From NCBI GenBank assembly GCA_016185545.1, contig JACPNJ010000002.1:51299-115298 (forward strand): a stretch of DNA of 64,000 nucleotides. Reading direction: 5' to 3'. Below the pieces are notes generated by a model, which had not been told where the DNA came from, did no database searches, and saw nothing but the letters and a program-made list of their open reading frames with translations. Shown piece by piece: positions 62,533-64,000 of this stretch. This stretch comes from Candidatus Yanofskybacteria bacterium. Its GTDB lineage: Bacteria; Patescibacteriota; Minisyncoccia; 2-02-FULL-40-12; IGHO2-01-FULL-4-A. The first letter of the stretch is position 1. Each line of letters begins with the position of its first letter. Position numbers and translations under genes: made by a program.

Positions 62533-62597
62533 AACTGTCAAGATTGGGCTTCAGAGTTCCAGATGAGACTCGCCATTACCCGCATCAGCGGGTTTTT
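62533..62597 (+). ncRNA. candidate ~65-nt sRNA antisense to the tRNA-like RNA
   Basis: first 18 nt are the exact reverse complement of 62417-62434; ends in terminator ACCCGC-ATCA-GCGGGT-TTTT. Confidence 0.65.
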
Positions 62598-62825
62598 GGT
62601 TATTCGGGATAAAAACTTTATCTTTAGCTGTAAAAACCCTTATTTTTAGGCATTTTTGAGCATTTTCCCTACAAAATCTTTTACCATCCTACCACTCAAA
62701 CAAAAATTGATTTGAAATCTCAAAAATTACAATTACTGGAAGCCACGCCCTTTTTGCAAAAAGGGCGGGGTGATTTTTATCACTCCGATCCAGCCGTTCT
62801 CTATCAACAAAAGTTGTGCTACGCC

Positions 62826-62986
62826 GAGCTAGGGGGATGATCCTCTGGGGACTTCTGGGGTTGCCGCCAGCATGGTTTTGTCAATGACCGAACGAAGTGA
62901 GTGTCTTGACAAATGGCGGCAATCACAAAAGATGAAAAAATCTCGCTGGGATTTTTGAAGTTCACCAGAGGGTCATCCCCTAGCGA
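62826..62986. repeat. long nested inverted-repeat element (MITE/REP-like)
   Basis: ~28-bp imperfect terminal IRs enclosing TTGCCGCCA...TGGCGGCAA and TTGTCAA...TTGACAA stems. Confidence 0.7.
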
Positions 62987-62989
62987 GGC

Positions 62990-63253
62990 CTATAGCCCGA
63001 GCTTTTGTTTAACTTTTTTCTTTTCATCTTCAAACGTCTCCTCATCATATTGCCCCAGCCGTTCCAGCCGTTTTCTCAATCCACGCAATTCCTCACGCAT
63101 AATCGCGCGGTTCTTCTCAACGCGCTCAGTCGGTTTCTTGCGAAAATACCTGGCAGATTTGGCGCGAACCAAAAGACGGCTCTGTTGAACCAGCCGGCTG
63201 AATCGCCTCATCAGCGACCCGATACTCTCATTTGGTTTTCGTTTAACCTCCAT
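62990..63253 (-). CDS. rpsU: 30S ribosomal protein bS21-like
   Basis: EVKRKPNESIGSLMRRFSR...RYF..KP; located between HIT and yqeY. Confidence 0.8.
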   Translation of the reverse strand: MEVKRKPNESIGSLMRRFSRLVQQSRLLVRAKSARYFRKKPTERVEKNRAIMREELRGLRKRLERLGQYDEETFEDEKKKVKQKLGL

Positions 63254-63416
63254 AGATTAACCTCCCTCCAAATTTGTCCAAAAGGACAAGCGTAATCGCG
63301 CAGTCCGATTGGTTAACAAATTTAGGACCCCGCCCTCTATGCACCCTTAATAGCTTAGAGGGCGGGGTTAATTTCGTTAACCGATGCTCGCTTCGTTACA
63401 CTTGCTGCGCTCGGAC

Positions 63417-63764
63417 TCAATTAACAATTTTAGCTCCCAGCCGCTTCCCTCCCAATAAATGTATGTGCAAATGCGGAACCAGCTGGCCACCGTGTTCACC
63501 ATGATTTATTATCAAGCGGAATCCTTTTTCTTCCAGGCCGAGTTTTTTGGCGACTTTACTCGTAGCCATCAATAGTTCGCCCAATAATTTTACATCGTCT
63601 TGCGTGGTGGCGCAGATATCCGTCAGGTGTTTTTTGGAAATAATCAAAATGTGTACCGGCGCTTGCGGATGAATATCGTTGATTGCCAGCCAATCGTCAT
63701 CTTCCGCTACCACATCAGCCGGCAGTTCTTTGTTTAAAATTTTGCAGAAAACATCTTGAATCAA
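63417..63764 (-). CDS. HIT family hydrolase
   Basis: VFCKI, DIHPQAPVH, GQLVPHLHIHLLGG; TTG start. Confidence 0.95.
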   Translation of the reverse strand: MIQDVFCKILNKELPADVVAEDDDWLAINDIHPQAPVHILIISKKHLTDICATTQDDVKLLGELLMATSKVAKKLGLEEKGFRLIINHGEHGGQLVPHLHIHLLGGKRLGAKIVN

Positions 63765-63839
63765 GGTTACAGGTTACAGGTTACAGGTTACAGGGAAATT
63801 TTTCTTACCTGGCCCCTGAAACCTGACACCTGAAACCTA
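63764..63839 (-). repeat. intergenic heptamer-repeat hairpin (AGGTTAC x4)
   Basis: the hisS TAG starts the 5' arm; the ACCTGTA arm ends directly at the HIT TTG. Confidence 0.92.
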
Positions 63840-64000
63840 GTTTTTTAGTCGTTGTTTTACCATTTCTAAAATTTTATCCTGCAGTACGGTTTCCTGCACC
63901 CCTGAATTCATCTCACGTAATATAACCGTACCATCTAACGCTTCTTTCTGACCCATAATTAAAGTATATTTAATCCCAAGGCGATTAGCGATTCTTAATT
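63837..64000 (-). CDS. hisS: histidine--tRNA ligase, C-terminal part (partial)
   Basis: LRIANRLGIKYTLIMGQKEALDGTVILREMNSGVQE anticodon-binding domain; stop at 63837. Confidence 0.8.
   Translation of the reverse strand, partial: LRIANRLGIKYTLIMGQKEALDGTVILREMNSGVQETVLQDKILEMVKQRLKN

Overview
This 64-kb window looks like a Patescibacteria (CPR, Parcubacteria-like) chromosome using the standard code (TGA acts as a stop). The lineage is inferred from the short IF2, homodimeric GlyRS, CPR-style pilus locus and tRNA-abutting LAGLIDADG ORFs. The core content is gatC, ligA, a type IV pilus/competence locus (four minor pilins, pilD, major pilin, pilC/T/B/O/N/M, comF), parAB, PBP1A, infB, rbfA, folD, glyA, frameshifted sua5, leuS, tatD, metG, glyQS, recO, rpsU, HIT, partial hisS and four standard tRNAs. 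An ~11-kb island after tRNA-Ser carries a TaqI-like endonuclease, a LexA-methyltransferase fusion and a HEPN-motif protein. It also carries a cassette of three paralogs with DGR-type hypervariable C-termini interleaved with a MoxR AAA+ ATPase and a VWA protein; no RT or template repeat is visible in the window. Most notable unexplained structure: (1) a D-armless tRNA-like RNA with alanine identity and a separately promoted antisense sRNA (62.4-62.6 kb); (2) the DGR-target/MoxR/VWA cassette; (3) two covarying copies of a riboswitch-like RNA flanking that cassette; (4) about 15 tandem 7/9-mer hairpins filling intergenic gaps and mostly abutting TTG/GTG starts; (5) palindromic micro-elements inserted in-frame into essential genes; (6) an apparent ATT start for metG. 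All calls are by eye from motifs; no searches or folding programs were run.
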